Assembly: GCA_965215885.1 (NCBI GenBank)
Contig: CBDCEW010000096.1
Location: 1-64,000 of the forward strand
DNA length: 64,000 nt
Source: Candidatus Moanibacter sp.
GTDB lineage: Bacteria; Verrucomicrobiota; Verrucomicrobiia; Opitutales; UBA2987
Reading direction: 5' to 3'
Shown: in pieces, positions 1 to 12,149 of the stretch
How the letters are laid out: every line of letters starts with the position of its first letter
Position numbering within the stretch: the stretch's first letter is position 1
Translations under genes and position numbers: made by a program
The notes under the pieces: generated by a model
Databases searched by the model: none
What the model saw: the letters and a program-made list of their open reading frames with translations, nothing else
What the model was told of the DNA's origin: nothing

Positions 1-933
1 ATCCAAAGTCCCGTAGACTTCGAAATCGTCAGTAACCGTCATGGTGACCGGCCCATTTATGCGAAGGGTACGCCCGGAATAAATCCTCAAATCCCCATAG
101 TCGATGTAAGATTCTGGCGGTCCGCCCGGGCTACCTAATTCGACCAACGCGCTGCTCCCCATATTAAAAACAGTCCCTCCCGAGGGCGCTGTCATATCCG
201 GAAAGGAACTCTTGAAATCGCCCGCCACCCGGTTTTCGTCAATTAACACCCAACTGGGCGTATCCATACCGTAGACTCTGCCGCCCCTCCCCACCGAATA
301 ATACTGGCCATAGGAACGGGCCAGGTAACCGTAAACCTCCGTCTTGTTACGGTAGTAAGTATAGATTCTCCGAGCCGCCACGGTCCCGCCGTCATTTCGA
401 TTCAAGAGAGGATCGTAGGCACCTCTTAGGCCATCGTAACTGTCAATCTTGGCTGTGTAGCTGCCCCAGGAACTGCCTCGGTAAAAATAGACGTAGTCGC
501 GAGCTGTCACGGCATTGCCTAATAGCGCTCGGGGCCGAAGCTCCACTTCGATCTGCTCTCTCATAACCATTCCATTCTTGAGCCCTATCTGGGCATCGCT
601 CACTATGGTAGGTGTATCCGTCGTGCGATCCCGAATCTCTACTTTAACATTGCCGCTGTTGTTGTTGCCGACATCGAAAGGCGCGAGCTGGCGATAGGCT
701 TCGTCATTTACCAAATCCAGTGTCCAATCAGTCCAGTCATCCTGGTTCAATGCCAGAACCCCCGTCTCCGCGCCCGCTTCGGCCAGATTGACGGCGCTGT
801 CGGAGTAGAAATTTTGATCGGAAATTGTAAGCTCCAGCAGCGCCGAGCGAATATAGCTGGACACTACGTATCCGCCAATTGCGGCTACAAACAATGACAC
901 TAACAGGACCAAGCCGGTCTGAGAATTTCTCAT
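1..933 (-). CDS. PilX-like minor pilin/pseudopilin assembly protein, runs off the window edge
   Basis: Manual translation from ATG 933, which overlaps the TAA of the preceding gene: MRNSQTGLVLLVSLFVAAIGG...AVNLAEAGAE; hydrophobic N-terminal helix and open to position 1. Confidence 0.7.
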   Translation of the reverse strand, partial: MRNSQTGLVLLVSLFVAAIGGYVVSSYIRSALLELTISDQNFYSDSAVNLAEAGAETGVLALNQDDWTDWTLDLVNDEAYRQLAPFDVGNNNSGNVKVEIRDRTTDTPTIVSDAQIGLKNGMVMREQIEVELRPRALLGNAVTARDYVYFYRGSSWGSYTAKIDSYDGLRGAYDPLLNRNDGGTVAARRIYTYYRNKTEVYGYLARSYGQYYSVGRGGRVYGMDTPSWVLIDENRVAGDFKSSFPDMTAPSGGTVFNMGSSALVELGSPGGPPESYIDYGDLRIYSGRTLRINGPVTMTVTDDFEVYGTLD

Positions 934-1559
934 TAGTTTGTCGATCCCTTATTGCGCATCATCGCCCGCGCCGATACATCGAGATACACCGTTTTCTCAA
1001 TCCCGCTCCCGCGTGTCATCTTTGCGCTTAGTTGAATTTTCTTGATTTCCAATGGTTTTGTCGTGCTGTTGTTACTAATCGTAAAGTAGGTAAACGAGAA
1101 GGTTTCGACCCCATCCATCATGATTCTGATTACCTCACCGGGCAGGGCGGGATCTGTGGTCTTTCTAAGTGTATTATCGGACGAAGTGTAAGAATATTGA
1201 ACGGTATCGCTCCCTCCCCCTCCATCTGGTATTTCCAAAGTGAATTTGGTTGAAGTGGGTGTTGTTATGGTCGTTGCGGTGCGAACATCCTCGTTGAAAT
1301 TGTTTACTGTTCTTTTGGCCTGGGAGTTCATCGTAGAATGATACGATAAACTGATGCTGTGTCGCATGATGGCCGTTATCGCTGCAGTGACTATCGCCAA
1401 GGCTATGACCGAAAGTGAAACTACTACAAGAACCTCAGGTAGTATGAAACCTCCTTTCTTCGACCTGTGCGGCTTGTATTCTAATAAGCCTGAAACATTA
1501 AATAGAACGGTATGAGTAGTCGAAAAGCCCATCTTTGGTGTAATAGGTGACATACTCAC
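933..1559 (-). CDS. PilW/PulJ-like prepilin-type protein (true start uncertain, probably near 1500)
   Basis: KKGG|FILPEVLVV prepilin cleavage/methylation motif followed by a hydrophobic helix. Confidence 0.7.
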   Translation of the reverse strand: MSMSPITPKMGFSTTHTVLFNVSGLLEYKPHRSKKGGFILPEVLVVVSLSVIALAIVTAAITAIMRHSISLSYHSTMNSQAKRTVNNFNEDVRTATTITTPTSTKFTLEIPDGGGGSDTVQYSYTSSDNTLRKTTDPALPGEVIRIMMDGVETFSFTYFTISNNSTTKPLEIKKIQLSAKMTRGSGIEKTVYLDVSARAMMRNKGSTN

Positions 1560-1971
1560 GATTATGGCGGCGGCCCCTCAAATCTATCCACTCGACTATT
1601 AGACGTATCTCCTTCTGATTACTACCGGCGCTATTAATCAACCGTTGGCAGCTATAATCTCGCAAAGGTATGGTAGAAAAATAAGCTTCCGGATTAAATG
1701 CCCCCTGATTGCTTAGCTGCTCGATTTCGCTCCAATGCATAGTGTGAATTTCATCAATCTCACTTTGGAGAATCTGTGTCGCAAAATTGCTGCTCTCCAC
1801 ATTCTCGCTAATGACGATCGCTTGACCGATTCCACTAAAGCAACCCGCCAAAACCAACGTCATGACACCGGAACCGACCATAAACTCGACTAAGGAAAAA
1901 CCCCCATTTTCCCCTCTCCGTGCGCGGCCTTTCAGTCCCTGATCTACTTCGTTGCTCTTGAGCTCCTTCAT
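1498..1971 (-). CDS. PilV/PulI-like prepilin-type protein
   Basis: G|FSLVEFMV class III signal peptide. Confidence 0.75.
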   Translation of the reverse strand: MKELKSNEVDQGLKGRARRGENGGFSLVEFMVGSGVMTLVLAGCFSGIGQAIVISENVESSNFATQILQSEIDEIHTMHWSEIEQLSNQGAFNPEAYFSTIPLRDYSCQRLINSAGSNQKEIRLIVEWIDLRGRRHNREYVTYYTKDGLFDYSYRSI

Positions 1972-2217
1972 TAATCCTGGCTCCGAAGTATAGGGGGAAT
2001 CCTCTATCTGTCGAGTCTGAACGTGGTCAAAAACCTATCAAACTTCCTTAAAAAACCTGTCAACTCAACAGGGCAGCAGCGGATGATCGCGGGCTATACC
2101 CGCTCCTACAAACCCTTCGGGATGTAGGAGGGGCTTCTCGACACGGCATAGCAACGCGGAGACGGTTACGCCCCGATCGAACCGGAAGATCGATATACTT
2201 GCAACTGGCATCCATCA

Positions 2218-2399
2218 CTAGCCCGGACATTTCACACACATCGTAGCGAGACGGCGTAGGTTGCTGCGGATCAAGGTCTTTTCGCAGTCCGGCGGGCGAC
2301 AGTGTGTTGGAACTCTCTGAGGTCGCCGGACAAGAGAAGGCCTTGAGGCGCAGTGACATCCGTGGTCGCAGCAGATGGTTTGTGAAATGTTCGGGCTAG
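2218..2399. mobile_element. MITE-A copy 1 (182 bp including flanking CTAG)
   Basis: CTAG-CCCGGACATTTCACA...TGTGAAATGTTCGGG-CTAG; four full copies in the window. Confidence 0.9.
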
Positions 2400-2452
2400 C
2401 CCAAAAATGTGTTGAGTCGGCATATTCATCTCGACTAAATCGGAGGCGCATT

Positions 2453-4258
2453 ATGAATCGTTTTTCAGTACCGCCACTTTTATCGATGACGCGGGAACTG
2501 GCCGATGTAGCCTCCGGTAGAGAGCCGCCGGAACTGGTGATTTCGGGCGCCCGGATATTGTCCACCTATTCCGAACGTATCCTTCCCGGCCGCGAAGTCT
2601 GGATCTATAAAGGGCGTATCGCAGCCGTCAAGTCCGCCGGAAGTTGCTCGGAATCGGGAAATGTGCGCTTTTACGATGCCAAGGGCGGGATTCTCGCTCC
2701 CGGGCTCGTCGACCCCCACATCCATATTGAATCGAGTATGATGTCGGCTTGCGCCTACGCCGAAGGCGCCCTCCTCAACGGCACCACCACGATATTCTGC
2801 GACAGCCACGAGATAGGAAATGTCTGCGATCGGGAAGGTATCGAATGGATGCTGCAAGACGCCAGGGAAGCTCCCCTGAATATCTTCCTTACCATTCCCA
2901 GCACCATTCCCGCAACAAACCCGGACCTCGAAACAGCGGGGGGAGATCTCACTCCGGAGAAAGTCGGCGCCATTTTTGACGCCTGGCCGGAGGCAGTAGC
3001 GCTCGGTGAAAAGATGGATTTTGTGCCGGTCTGCATGGGTGATGAGAGAAGTCACGCGATTATCGAGGAAGCTCTCAAGAGAGCCCGCCCCATCTCCGGC
3101 CACATTTACGGAAGGGAATTCGTCGCCGCCTACGCGGCCAGCGGTGTCACCGACACTCACGAAGCCATCGATCGCAATATCGCGGACGACCTTGTCGAAG
3201 CCGGCATCTGGGTGTTTCTGCGAGGCGGCCCGCCCACAACTCCCTGGCATAGTCTTCCCGAAGCCATTAAGACTATCACCGAACTGGGCACCAGCCATAA
3301 ACGCGTCTGCGTCTGCACGGACGACCGCGATGCCGACGATCTCTTTCTCTACGGGCTCGATTGGGTGACCCGCCAGGCCGTAGGGGCAGGCATGACCCAG
3401 GCTCAGGCCTGGAGCATGGGGTCCCTCCATCCCGCCACCCGCTACGGCATGGAGAATGAGATCGGCGGGCTCGGACACAGCCGGCGCGCCGATATTGTCC
3501 TGCTCGATGACGACCTCGAAGTGCAAAATACCTGGTATGGGGGCGAGCTCGTCGTGGAACACGGAAAAGTAACTCCAACTCTCGATGAGCAGCTCTCCAA
3601 CAATCGTTATCGCTATCCTGACTCGGCCTACCGAACGGTGAATTTCCTGGATGGCTTGAAATTGACTCCCGCGCTTCCTACTGTCCCTTGCGCGCTTAAT
3701 GTGATACGGACCGAACTTCCCGGTATCATCACTTTGAAACGCCGGATCGAACTCGGTGATACCCCTTCGACTTGGGACGAGGTCCTGGATACCCACGACC
3801 TCTGCTTCGTCACAATTGTCGAACGCCACGGTAAGACCGGAGAAGTCGCGCACGGCTTTCTGCAGAATTTCGGCCTAAAATCCGGTGCCGTCGCCAGCAC
3901 CGTCGGCCACGACGCGCACAACCTCATCGTCGCCGGCACAAATGAACCGGATATGCATGTCGCTATTAAAACTCTCAAGGACCGGAACGGCGGCGTCTGC
4001 GTCGTCGACTCAGGTGAAGTTAAAGCGCTCGTCTCCCTTCCTGTCGCCGGTCTCCTCTCCGATAAGCGCGCCACCGAAGTCGCTGCCGAGACCACCGTGC
4101 TCAAAAAAGCCTGGTCCGAAGCCGGCTCTACTCTCCCCTATATGGGATTTAACCTCATCCCCCTCTCCGTTATTCCTGAGATCCGAATAACCGACAAGGG
4201 GCTAGTTACAGTGCCGGAGATGGAAATTGTGCCTCTTTTTGAAGTTTTCTCCATTTAA
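2453..4258 (+). CDS. ade: Adenine deaminase
   Basis: [30 protein letters not shown] and HDAHN motifs; GGAGG RBS before ATG 2453. Confidence 0.9.
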   Translation: MNRFSVPPLLSMTRELADVASGREPPELVISGARILSTYSERILPGREVWIYKGRIAAVKSAGSCSESGNVRFYDAKGGILAPGLVDPHIHIESSMMSACAYAEGALLNGTTTIFCDSHEIGNVCDREGIEWMLQDAREAPLNIFLTIPSTIPATNPDLETAGGDLTPEKVGAIFDAWPEAVALGEKMDFVPVCMGDERSHAIIEEALKRARPISGHIYGREFVAAYAASGVTDTHEAIDRNIADDLVEAGIWVFLRGGPPTTPWHSLPEAIKTITELGTSHKRVCVCTDDRDADDLFLYGLDWVTRQAVGAGMTQAQAWSMGSLHPATRYGMENEIGGLGHSRRADIVLLDDDLEVQNTWYGGELVVEHGKVTPTLDEQLSNNRYRYPDSAYRTVNFLDGLKLTPALPTVPCALNVIRTELPGIITLKRRIELGDTPSTWDEVLDTHDLCFVTIVERHGKTGEVAHGFLQNFGLKSGAVASTVGHDAHNLIVAGTNEPDMHVAIKTLKDRNGGVCVVDSGEVKALVSLPVAGLLSDKRATEVAAETTVLKKAWSEAGSTLPYMGFNLIPLSVIPEIRITDKGLVTVPEMEIVPLFEVFSI

Positions 4259-4347
4259 GGAATTGACATTGCATTAGCCGAAACGGAAATTACACTGCGT
4301 TCGGCCCGCTATCGCGAAATCTCATCTTAAGTCACCTTCAGAAAAAC

Positions 4348-6894
4348 ATGAAAAAGAACCTAAACACATTCATATTCTCAGCACTGTTGTCATCGTTTGC
4401 TTTGCTCGTTTCGGCGGGTAACTTCTATGGGCAGGAAGAGCCCGTAGAAGAACTCGAAGTGTTCGAAATCGAGGAGGAAGTCATCGATCCCGTCGGGCTT
4501 CTTCCCAAGGTGCCGGTCGACTCCGTCTTCGGCTTCGGCGAAAACCTCGTCGATATCCCGCGCTCGGTGAGTTCCATTAGCGCGGAGATGCTCCAGCAGT
4601 TCGGCATCACCGATATCAACGGGTTGGTCGCTTTCTCGCCTGGGGCATTTACGACCTCGTTCTTCGGAGTAGCCGGCCAGCTCGATCTTCGCGGCGCCCC
4701 GGGGGAGACTTATTTTCGAGGCATGAAGCGAATCGAGAATCCGGGAAATTACCAAACCCCGATTGGCGCATCCGACCGTGTTGACGTCGTCCGCGGTCCA
4801 GCCACCCCGATCTACGGCGCAGGAAAGATTGGCGGTTATTTGAATTTCATTCCAAAATCCGCGCGGGCCGCTACCGGTAAGTACTTCGATAAACCCAGGG
4901 GCCAGTTCAGCTTTACCTACGGTTCCTATAGCAAGAAATACGCTACCGCGGAAGTGGGAGGTCCCATCAGTTTGGGAGATAAAGCCGGTGGTTATTACGT
5001 CTACTTCCTGGTGGAAGACTCGGGCAGCTACTATAACAACACCTACATTGAGCAGACGATCGTGCAGTCCACTTTCACGATCGACCTCAACGAAAAATGG
5101 CGCGTCGAATTAGGCGAGCAGTATCAGAATTTTAACTCTACCGAAAACGCCGGTTGGAATCGTGTAACGCAGGCCCTGGTTGATGACGGCACCTACACCG
5201 CCGGTACTCCCCTGATTAATCCCGACGATCCGGCCAATGGTGGAGATGGAGACGGGCAATTAGATAGAATAGAGGCATTCAACGTCCAGCCCGGCAATTT
5301 CCCCCTCTCTTACTTTCTATCCTCAGGTTTGGGGTTTCCTCTTGAAGTACCTGGGTTTGGTAGTGTGCCGCCTACCGGTATCGGCGGACTTAATGAGGTG
5401 CTCGCACTCGATCCGGACACGGTTTTTATGACAAAAATCGAAGGTTCCCAGGTTTTGATCGACGAAAAAGACTTTCTTGTTTCCGACAGCTTCGTCTTCT
5501 TTATGGACTTCATCAACGATTCCAACCCCGATTTTACGATTAAGAATAAGATTTTCGCCGACTGGTTAATCCGAAACAAACGCGCCAGCTACGGATTTTC
5601 TCAAATCAACAACGTTTTTTCCATCGAGAATAAACTGATCATCGAAGGAAATTCCGGTCGGCGCGACGGATTCCACGTCAATTGGCAGCTTTCACCGTCC
5701 GTCCGTTGGTATGACGCCGATGATGGAGGCGACTTTCGGGTAGAGACTTTTGATCGTCGCGATCTCTCCTTTAACGGTGGGACCGGAAGGCCAACCGACC
5801 GGCGCGCCCACTCTCTTGATGATTCATCAAAGAATTCCTGGGGCAATAGATATCAGTCAGAAATGCTTGAGATAGCCGGCTCCATTATGGCAAACATCAC
5901 GATAAAAGAGAGGCTCAATTTCTTACTGGGTGGGCGGATTTCTGATTATGATATCGACAGTTTCGAAAGACCAGGAACACTTGCTGCCAACAACCTGCTC
6001 GGCTTAAATGACGATTGTTGCGTTGGAGGCCCGACTGGCGTACCTACAAGTTCCCACAAGGCTGTCTGGGCTTACACCCTAAGCGCTTCTTACAAAACTC
6101 CATGGGGATTCAGGCCCTACGTTACCAATGCCAGACAACCGATCTTAACTACCGGACAATCAGGAGGCGTCCCAGCTAGTGGCAACATCGGCGGTGATCC
6201 ACTGGCAAATACCGATCTCTGGGAAGGTGGATTCAAAGGTAAAGCTCTGGACGGTAAGCTCTTTTATTCATTCGCGATTTATCAGCAGAATCTCGCCTCC
6301 TACAATTCTCAGACACTTACCATCACGGCAACAAGAGGCACCGGATATGAGGCGGAGCTTCGGTATGTTCCCAACGCAAATCTGAGCTTCTCATTTGCTG
6401 GAAATTGGCAGAAGACGGTATATCGGCCACTAGTAGGCTCGAATTCCTGCTTTCAATTCATAAACCCGGAGCAGGCGACTTTCCTGACCGGGATTCCGGC
6501 GGACGGCGCCGACGTTTGGGGAGGTACTTTCAGCTCTAGTGATAGCTGCCGGCCCGACCTGCTTGCCGATCACGACGAACGGCCGGGAGTCCCGGATAAG
6601 ACGCTCAGTTTCAATACCACCTATCGAAACAACGGCGGTTGGGGCGTCAATGTCGGTTTCTCTTACATCGCTGACGTCCACGCCGACCGCCTCAAGCAGC
6701 TGAAGCTGCCCGATGCTTTCGTCATCAACGGAGCGCTCTATTACGGCACGGAGCGCTGGGAAATCAAGTTTACGGGAAAGAATCTCCTCGATGAACGCTA
6801 TTTTCGCGGAAATTTCCCCGGTCTTTTCGGCGGAGTCACGGTTCTACCACAGTTGCCCATCACCTCGGAAGTGACCTTCACCTACAAATTCTAG
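4348..6894 (+). CDS. TonB-dependent outer-membrane receptor
   Basis: Signal peptide, plug region (DIPRSVS, RVDVVRGP, GGYLNF), KNLLDERY, C-terminal Phe. Confidence 0.9.
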   Translation: MKKNLNTFIFSALLSSFALLVSAGNFYGQEEPVEELEVFEIEEEVIDPVGLLPKVPVDSVFGFGENLVDIPRSVSSISAEMLQQFGITDINGLVAFSPGAFTTSFFGVAGQLDLRGAPGETYFRGMKRIENPGNYQTPIGASDRVDVVRGPATPIYGAGKIGGYLNFIPKSARAATGKYFDKPRGQFSFTYGSYSKKYATAEVGGPISLGDKAGGYYVYFLVEDSGSYYNNTYIEQTIVQSTFTIDLNEKWRVELGEQYQNFNSTENAGWNRVTQALVDDGTYTAGTPLINPDDPANGGDGDGQLDRIEAFNVQPGNFPLSYFLSSGLGFPLEVPGFGSVPPTGIGGLNEVLALDPDTVFMTKIEGSQVLIDEKDFLVSDSFVFFMDFINDSNPDFTIKNKIFADWLIRNKRASYGFSQINNVFSIENKLIIEGNSGRRDGFHVNWQLSPSVRWYDADDGGDFRVETFDRRDLSFNGGTGRPTDRRAHSLDDSSKNSWGNRYQSEMLEIAGSIMANITIKERLNFLLGGRISDYDIDSFERPGTLAANNLLGLNDDCCVGGPTGVPTSSHKAVWAYTLSASYKTPWGFRPYVTNARQPILTTGQSGGVPASGNIGGDPLANTDLWEGGFKGKALDGKLFYSFAIYQQNLASYNSQTLTITATRGTGYEAELRYVPNANLSFSFAGNWQKTVYRPLVGSNSCFQFINPEQATFLTGIPADGADVWGGTFSSSDSCRPDLLADHDERPGVPDKTLSFNTTYRNNGGWGVNVGFSYIADVHADRLKQLKLPDAFVINGALYYGTERWEIKFTGKNLLDERYFRGNFPGLFGGVTVLPQLPITSEVTFTYKF

Positions 6895-6921
6895 ATTTTT
6901 CGTTCTCCGACTTTCCAATTT

Positions 6922-6953
6922 AAAGGAGGCGTCCGTCGTGACGCCTTCTTTTT
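6922..6953 (+). terminator. Rho-independent terminator
   Basis: AAAGGAGGCGTC-loop-GACGCCTTCTTTTT, 28 bp after the receptor stop. Confidence 0.75.
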
Positions 6954-7258
6954 GTACTTGAACACTCCCCGTCCCGGCTCGCCGCGGACGGAGTATCTGA
7001 TTCTTTCGCCATTTGGAACTTAATTGCCTACGCTATTTTCGAAGTTGAACGGCTTTCCGTTCAGATAAAGCCCCCGCTCTTCCGCTCCCGGCACAGTGGC
7101 CCAGTTCGCCAGAACGTGGGGCTTTTTCAGCAGAATCAAGAGAGGCACCATTCCGACATCTCTCTTCGTTTATCGGGCCGCATTGAATCTTCCCCACGAA
7201 TCTAAAGCACATCTCGATAAAGGACCGTATTCCCGACTTTTCTACTATTTCGTCTCTA

Positions 7259-7285
7259 TGTTCGTATTTCGCCGAAATACGAACA
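7259..7285. repeat. 27-bp perfect palindrome, copy 1
   Basis: TGTTCGTATTTCG-C-CGAAATACGAACA; second copy at 51566-51592. Confidence 0.85.
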
Positions 7286-7725
7286 ATCGATCCTACGAAG
7301 CATCAGCCTCCACCATATCGCGTTAGTCACTTTCTAATTTCGGTGTAAAAAAAGTGGTCCGGCCGGACCCCTTTTTTTCACATACATCCGTTTCGCCGTG
7401 AGCTGGCAATTCCCGTGAACAGCCTTATTGTGTCTGTTCTAATAACAAAACAGGAATTGTCCCATCCGTCTTCGCTTTGCCGTACGACAGAACTTTGGGA
7501 AGGCATGCAAGGTTACCAGGGAAACCGAAATTGCTTCCGCCATTCGAACATGAAGATTCCGATCGCTATTCCCTCATCCGCGGTTTTCTCGAATCCGTTG
7601 TCGATTCTTCTTCATCCGCGTGCATTCGCGATTCTCTTCTTTTCTTTTGGTCGCGGCTCTGCTGCGCTAGGTTCTTTTGCGGCTAATCATTACCTAGCGC
7701 CTGTTCGAGCTGCAGTGCGCTCCAG

Positions 7726-9097
7726 CTAATTCCCCGTTGAGATCCGCCACCAATCGCTGGAAACCTGATGATGGCGCCGAAGATTCCTATCCAGAGCCGG
7801 AAGCTGAAGTTCACCGTCATGAACGACGGATTTCCCGTCGATGATGGTGTGCCGGGCAAAGAGTGGCCCATTTCGCAGCCACGCTTCGACAAGATCTCCC
7901 TGGAAACCTGAAAAGAAGATACCGTCGGTCGGCCACACGACCAGATCAGCTGGAGCGCCAGGCTCGATGATACCCAACTCCCCTTCCCAGACACTGAGCG
8001 CCTCCAACCGTAGCCGCATGCAAGGCGTCCCGCGCCATCGTTACAGGCTTTCTGTTCCAGAGTTGCCCCGCTAGCATCGCGAGCCGTGCTTCATTGTAGA
8101 GCGACCCATGACCAGCCGAGGCCCCGCCATCGACACCAAGACCAACCGGCACCCCAAGTTGCTGCATTCGATCGAGCGAACCAATTCGCTGGTTGAACAG
8201 GATATTCGAGGTTGGACAGTGCGCGATTCCGCACTTCCACCCACCCATCTGCTTCATTTCATCATCGTTCAGGCAAACGGCATGGGCCACCCACTCGCGA
8301 CCAGTGCCCCAACCACAGTCTTTGAATCGATCCATCGGGCGACACCCATGGTGCTCGAGACAAAAATCTTCCTCATCCTGCGATTCAGCGAGATGGGTAT
8401 GCAACCGCACATCATGCTTTTCCGCCAGTTCAGCGCAGCTGCGCATGAGCTCATTAGTGGTGGCAAATGGATTACAGGGCGCAATCGCGATTTGAAGCAT
8501 GGAGCCTCTCGACGAGTCGTGGTAGGTCTTAACCAGCCGCTCGCAATCCGAGAGGATCGTGTCTTCTTCCTCAACGGTATCGTCGTGTGGGAGAGCGCCG
8601 TCCTTTTTGCCTAGATTCATCGCTCCTCTCGTCGGATGAAAGCGAACTCCCACTTCCTGAGCGGCCTTGATCTGAGCATCGATGAGTTTAGGCTTGGGAT
8701 GAACGTTTAAATGGTCGCTCGCCGTGGTACATCCACCCATCGCCATTTCCGCGAGAGCGACGTAAGTGGATAGGTAGGAACTCTCCTCGTCGAGCAGAGC
8801 CCACACCGGATAGAGCGCCTCCAACCATGCAAACAAGCCCTGCGCCAATTTGTCGGGAAACCAGTTGCGGGTCAGATTCTGGTAAATGTGATGGTGGGTG
8901 CAGATGAATCCCGGCGTCACCAGCCCGCCCGTCGCATCGACCACTCGATCGGCGTCGGGTTCAGTCCCTGAATCCCCGAGACTGTGGATACGCCCGTCCT
9001 TGATGCCGATCCACGTTTGGGCTCGCTCCTCGCCGGTCATCGTTACGACAAGCTCGGCTCCCTTTACAATCAGATCCAATCTTTCTTCGATTTCCAT
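7726..9097 (-). pseudogene. 8-oxoguanine deaminase/AtzB-like amidohydrolase, frameshifted near 7985
   Basis: PGFICTHHHIYQ, LHTHLAES, HCPTSN, LGVDG; C-terminus (ELGIIEPGAPADLVVW) lies in another frame. Confidence 0.8.
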
Positions 9098-10232
9098 ATT
9101 TCTCACCCTTAATCGGTTCCTTCACCCGGCATGTCAAATTGCTCCAATTAGTAAACACGATGATCGCGGTGAACAAGGCATTTCCCTCTTCGATAGGTCG
9201 CAACGACGTCCGAAGGTGTAACTCGAGTCATAATCGTCGCAAGAAGATTCCGGCTCCGTTTCAAATGTGACGCACCAAAATCAAGGACGACGAAGTTGGC
9301 GTCCTTGCCTCGCTCGAGAAAGCCGCTCCTCTCGCGACCGGGAAAGTGCCTCGTATTGCTCGTTGCCATTTTCAAGATGGAATTGGGATCCGGCCCTTTG
9401 GGATCGTCATGCTGGCTCCTTGCGATCCGGTAGGCAAATGCGAGTTCGTTAAATAGATTCGGAGAATTCAGCATCACATTGTCGGTCCCCAGCATCAGAT
9501 TTACATCCGCTTCGAGAAGTTTCGCCACCGGGGGCAAAGGCAGACCGAGGCTCGCATTCGCTTGAGGATTTAAGACAACGTTTGCCTGGTAACTCTCCAA
9601 CTGAGAAATTTCGGCGTCATTGGCGACCGTGAGATGGACGATGCGGTGCGGCTTGAGGATTTCGATCGCGCGCTCCAGATCGCCCCTTCCAGTCATCGCC
9701 ACACTGCGGTCCCGATAATCTTCGCTCTCAAGGCAGTGAATGGCTCTAAGCTTTCCTCGTTCCTTTGTAATCTCCTGCATCCGGCACCAGGCGAGATCCG
9801 TGAGATCGTTCATTGTGCTCTCTGAAAAGCCGTCCGCGACGTCCAACATTTCTTTCAATTCCGTTTCCGCCGATTCCGGCAACGGAACCAGATTCTCGGT
9901 GAGTCCCCGCTCGCCGAACGGAACGCTATCCAATTGCGAGAGTATTATGGACTCCACTCCAGTCGCAACCGAAGCTTCACGCAGGATCCTCGCACCGCCC
10001 GCGCCCTGCTCGCGGAAATCAAAGTGGCAAACTGTCCCCGTTCGAGCCATGTAGATGAGACAATCGACCATGGCATCCAGTATTGTGTCCCGTCCCAGTC
10101 GTGCGAATTCCCTGTACTTGTATCCATGAGGCCGAAAGAAGCCCTCCTCGAGTGTAAGTCCTGTAGCTCCATCGGGCAGGCAGGCATCGCCGACATGCGT
10201 ATGTGCATTTACCAGTCCGGGTATGATAACTA

Positions 10233-12149
10233 GACCCCATTCGAAAAGCCTTTCGAGCGGGCGGTTTAAGGTTCTCCGCCACGGGCGGACCAGCCTATGG
10301 CTGGCAGGTTTCGGGTTTTAGGCTGCCGGCGCTGCCGATGAGCAGGTATGGAGCGGCCATCGGCGTGGCTTGCTGCACAATACGTATATTTGCCGCTGTC
10401 TGGAGGCATACTCATCCCGTGGTGCTTTTTTCTCTGAGCTTCAAAGCGGTCAGATTCAGGCTGCCTGTTCCAGTTCCTCCCCTCGGCGTTTCTTCATCAG
10501 TATGATGCGGCAGAAGTTGTAGGCCAGAACCTTCTCGAGCAGTTCATCGCCTACCGCATCGATGCCGCGGCGGCCGAGTTCGCCAAAGGCAAATCCATCT
10601 TTAATCGTGAACATCAGCGACTCCACTGCGGAGCGATCGCGGCGTGCCTCGCGATACGCCTCGCTCTCCCAGTCCTCGGGGGTGGTCAACTTCTTGCCCT
10701 TCGCCCCACTGATACTGATCTGCTTTACCCCCATGCTCAGCACCTCCTTGCGTCCCTTCGCCGAAGCATATCCGTCATCGGTGCTGACCAGTTCAGCAAT
10801 GACACCGGTGCGCTTGATCGAATCGCCGATGGCCGGCGCCAGCTCAATGGAGTCTGCCGCGTTGCCTTGCGGTACGATCAGGCTGGTGACAAAACCGTTT
10901 TCGCTGCGAACCAGTTGTGGCTTGTACCCGATCACTGGATTGCGGCTGCCCTTCTTGATGTAGGCCGCCGATCCGTCCGAGAGGCTCAGGACCTTCTGTG
11001 TGGACGGTAGCTTCTTTTCGTGAAACACCCGATCATGAGCATACTCAACCACCCGCTTGGCGTCGGCAATATCACCCCTGATCTGGCTCAATGCCCGCTC
11101 CAGAAGCTCCCGGCGAGTGGGAGGCAGTGAATCCATCGACAGGCCCTCTTCAAGATGGCTCAGTTCCCCCGTTAGTGAGTCGGCCGCCTTGCGGCCCCGC
11201 TTGAGCAACCGCCGGTAGTGTTTCTTCAGCTTGCCCTTCGACTTCGGTTTGCCCGCGGCCAGACAAATCTGAAACTCCAGCTTGTCCATTTCCTCCAGCC
11301 AACGCCCAACCCATCCCTTGCGAAAATCCTCCAGCCCGAAGACATGCAACTTCTGACCCAAACGATTGGCCCGCATCAAAAGACCGCTCAGAATCTTCCC
11401 ATCGGTGGGCCAGCAGCTGTTTGCTTTCACCGAGGTGCTGTCGATCGTCAGCTTCCCGAAATCGTCCCATTGCTCCTGGAGGATAAACCCAATCTGTTTA
11501 TCAAAGATCAACTCGCGGGTCGTATGGCTGACCAGGTTCACGTTCTCCAGAATCGTCGTCACCGCCGGCATTCTCAGTCCCCCGCTCTGCAAAAATCCGT
11601 ACAAGCTCATCGACTCGCGCACAAACCGCCGTGCCGGTTTCGTGGTCAACGAACCCAGAAACCCACGAATCATCACGAACACGTATACCGCATAAGCCGG
11701 CATCCGCGGCCGGCCTGCCCCAAGATTCAATTCAGCAGCCAGAATATTCTCCTCCTCGATGTCCAGCTCCGGCAGCTCCGCTGTGCGCCCTTCAAAGAAC
11801 CTGCGATCTTCCAATCGAAGTTTCTTCTTCTCACGTGCATGGGCGTCCAGATCCTTCTCGATCGCCTCGATGATTTGCGGCGCGAACCCGGCCAATTCTT
11901 CAACTTCATCCAGAAAATCACGGAAATCCGTGTCTGGAACCGGCAGAATGAGGTTGCTAAGGGGCGTCTTATCGCTTTTGTTCTCCTCTGTCGCACATGT
12001 TGGCATGTTTAACTCCTTTCTTAATCTTAGGTTGTTAAACACTAGCATGTTGCGACACTTTTTATCAAGCCAAAAAATGATTTTTCTCAAGTTTTTCTTG
12101 CGCCTTTTGCGCCTCTTTGCGGCCAATCAGTAGCTTTTCGGATAAGGTC
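10233..12149 (-). mobile_element. IS element (ISNCY/IS5-like DDE) with 17-bp imperfect TIRs and a 6-bp TSD
   Basis: GACCCCATTCGAAAAGC / GCTTTTCGGATAAGGTC; TAACTA at 10227-10232 and 12150-12155. Confidence 0.9.
10456..12006 (-). CDS. DDE transposase
   Basis: IDSTSV, STDDGY, RSAVESLM triad; start taken at ATG 12006. Confidence 0.85.
   Translation of the reverse strand: MPTCATEENKSDKTPLSNLILPVPDTDFRDFLDEVEELAGFAPQIIEAIEKDLDAHAREKKKLRLEDRRFFEGRTAELPELDIEEENILAAELNLGAGRPRMPAYAVYVFVMIRGFLGSLTTKPARRFVRESMSLYGFLQSGGLRMPAVTTILENVNLVSHTTRELIFDKQIGFILQEQWDDFGKLTIDSTSVKANSCWPTDGKILSGLLMRANRLGQKLHVFGLEDFRKGWVGRWLEEMDKLEFQICLAAGKPKSKGKLKKHYRRLLKRGRKAADSLTGELSHLEEGLSMDSLPPTRRELLERALSQIRGDIADAKRVVEYAHDRVFHEKKLPSTQKVLSLSDGSAAYIKKGSRNPVIGYKPQLVRSENGFVTSLIVPQGNAADSIELAPAIGDSIKRTGVIAELVSTDDGYASAKGRKEVLSMGVKQISISGAKGKKLTTPEDWESEAYREARRDRSAVESLMFTIKDGFAFGELGRRGIDAVGDELLEKVLAYNFCRIILMKKRRGEELEQAA

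Noticed and set aside
2375..2452. N-terminal extension MVCEMFGL on adenine deaminase (also ORF 15750)
   Set aside because: The ATG comes from the MITE-A end; ade has its own RBS and ATG at 2453
2480..3853. Long antisense ORFs (also 11218-12012, 32924-33922, 47140-48003, 55229-56077) and the same-strand alternate-frame ORF 12584-13840
   Set aside because: Shadows of well-supported genes with no recognisable motifs
4259..4347. Purine riboswitch or sigma70 promoter before the TonB receptor
   Set aside because: No purine-aptamer core seen; TTGACA is present but no -10 box at 16-18 bp spacing
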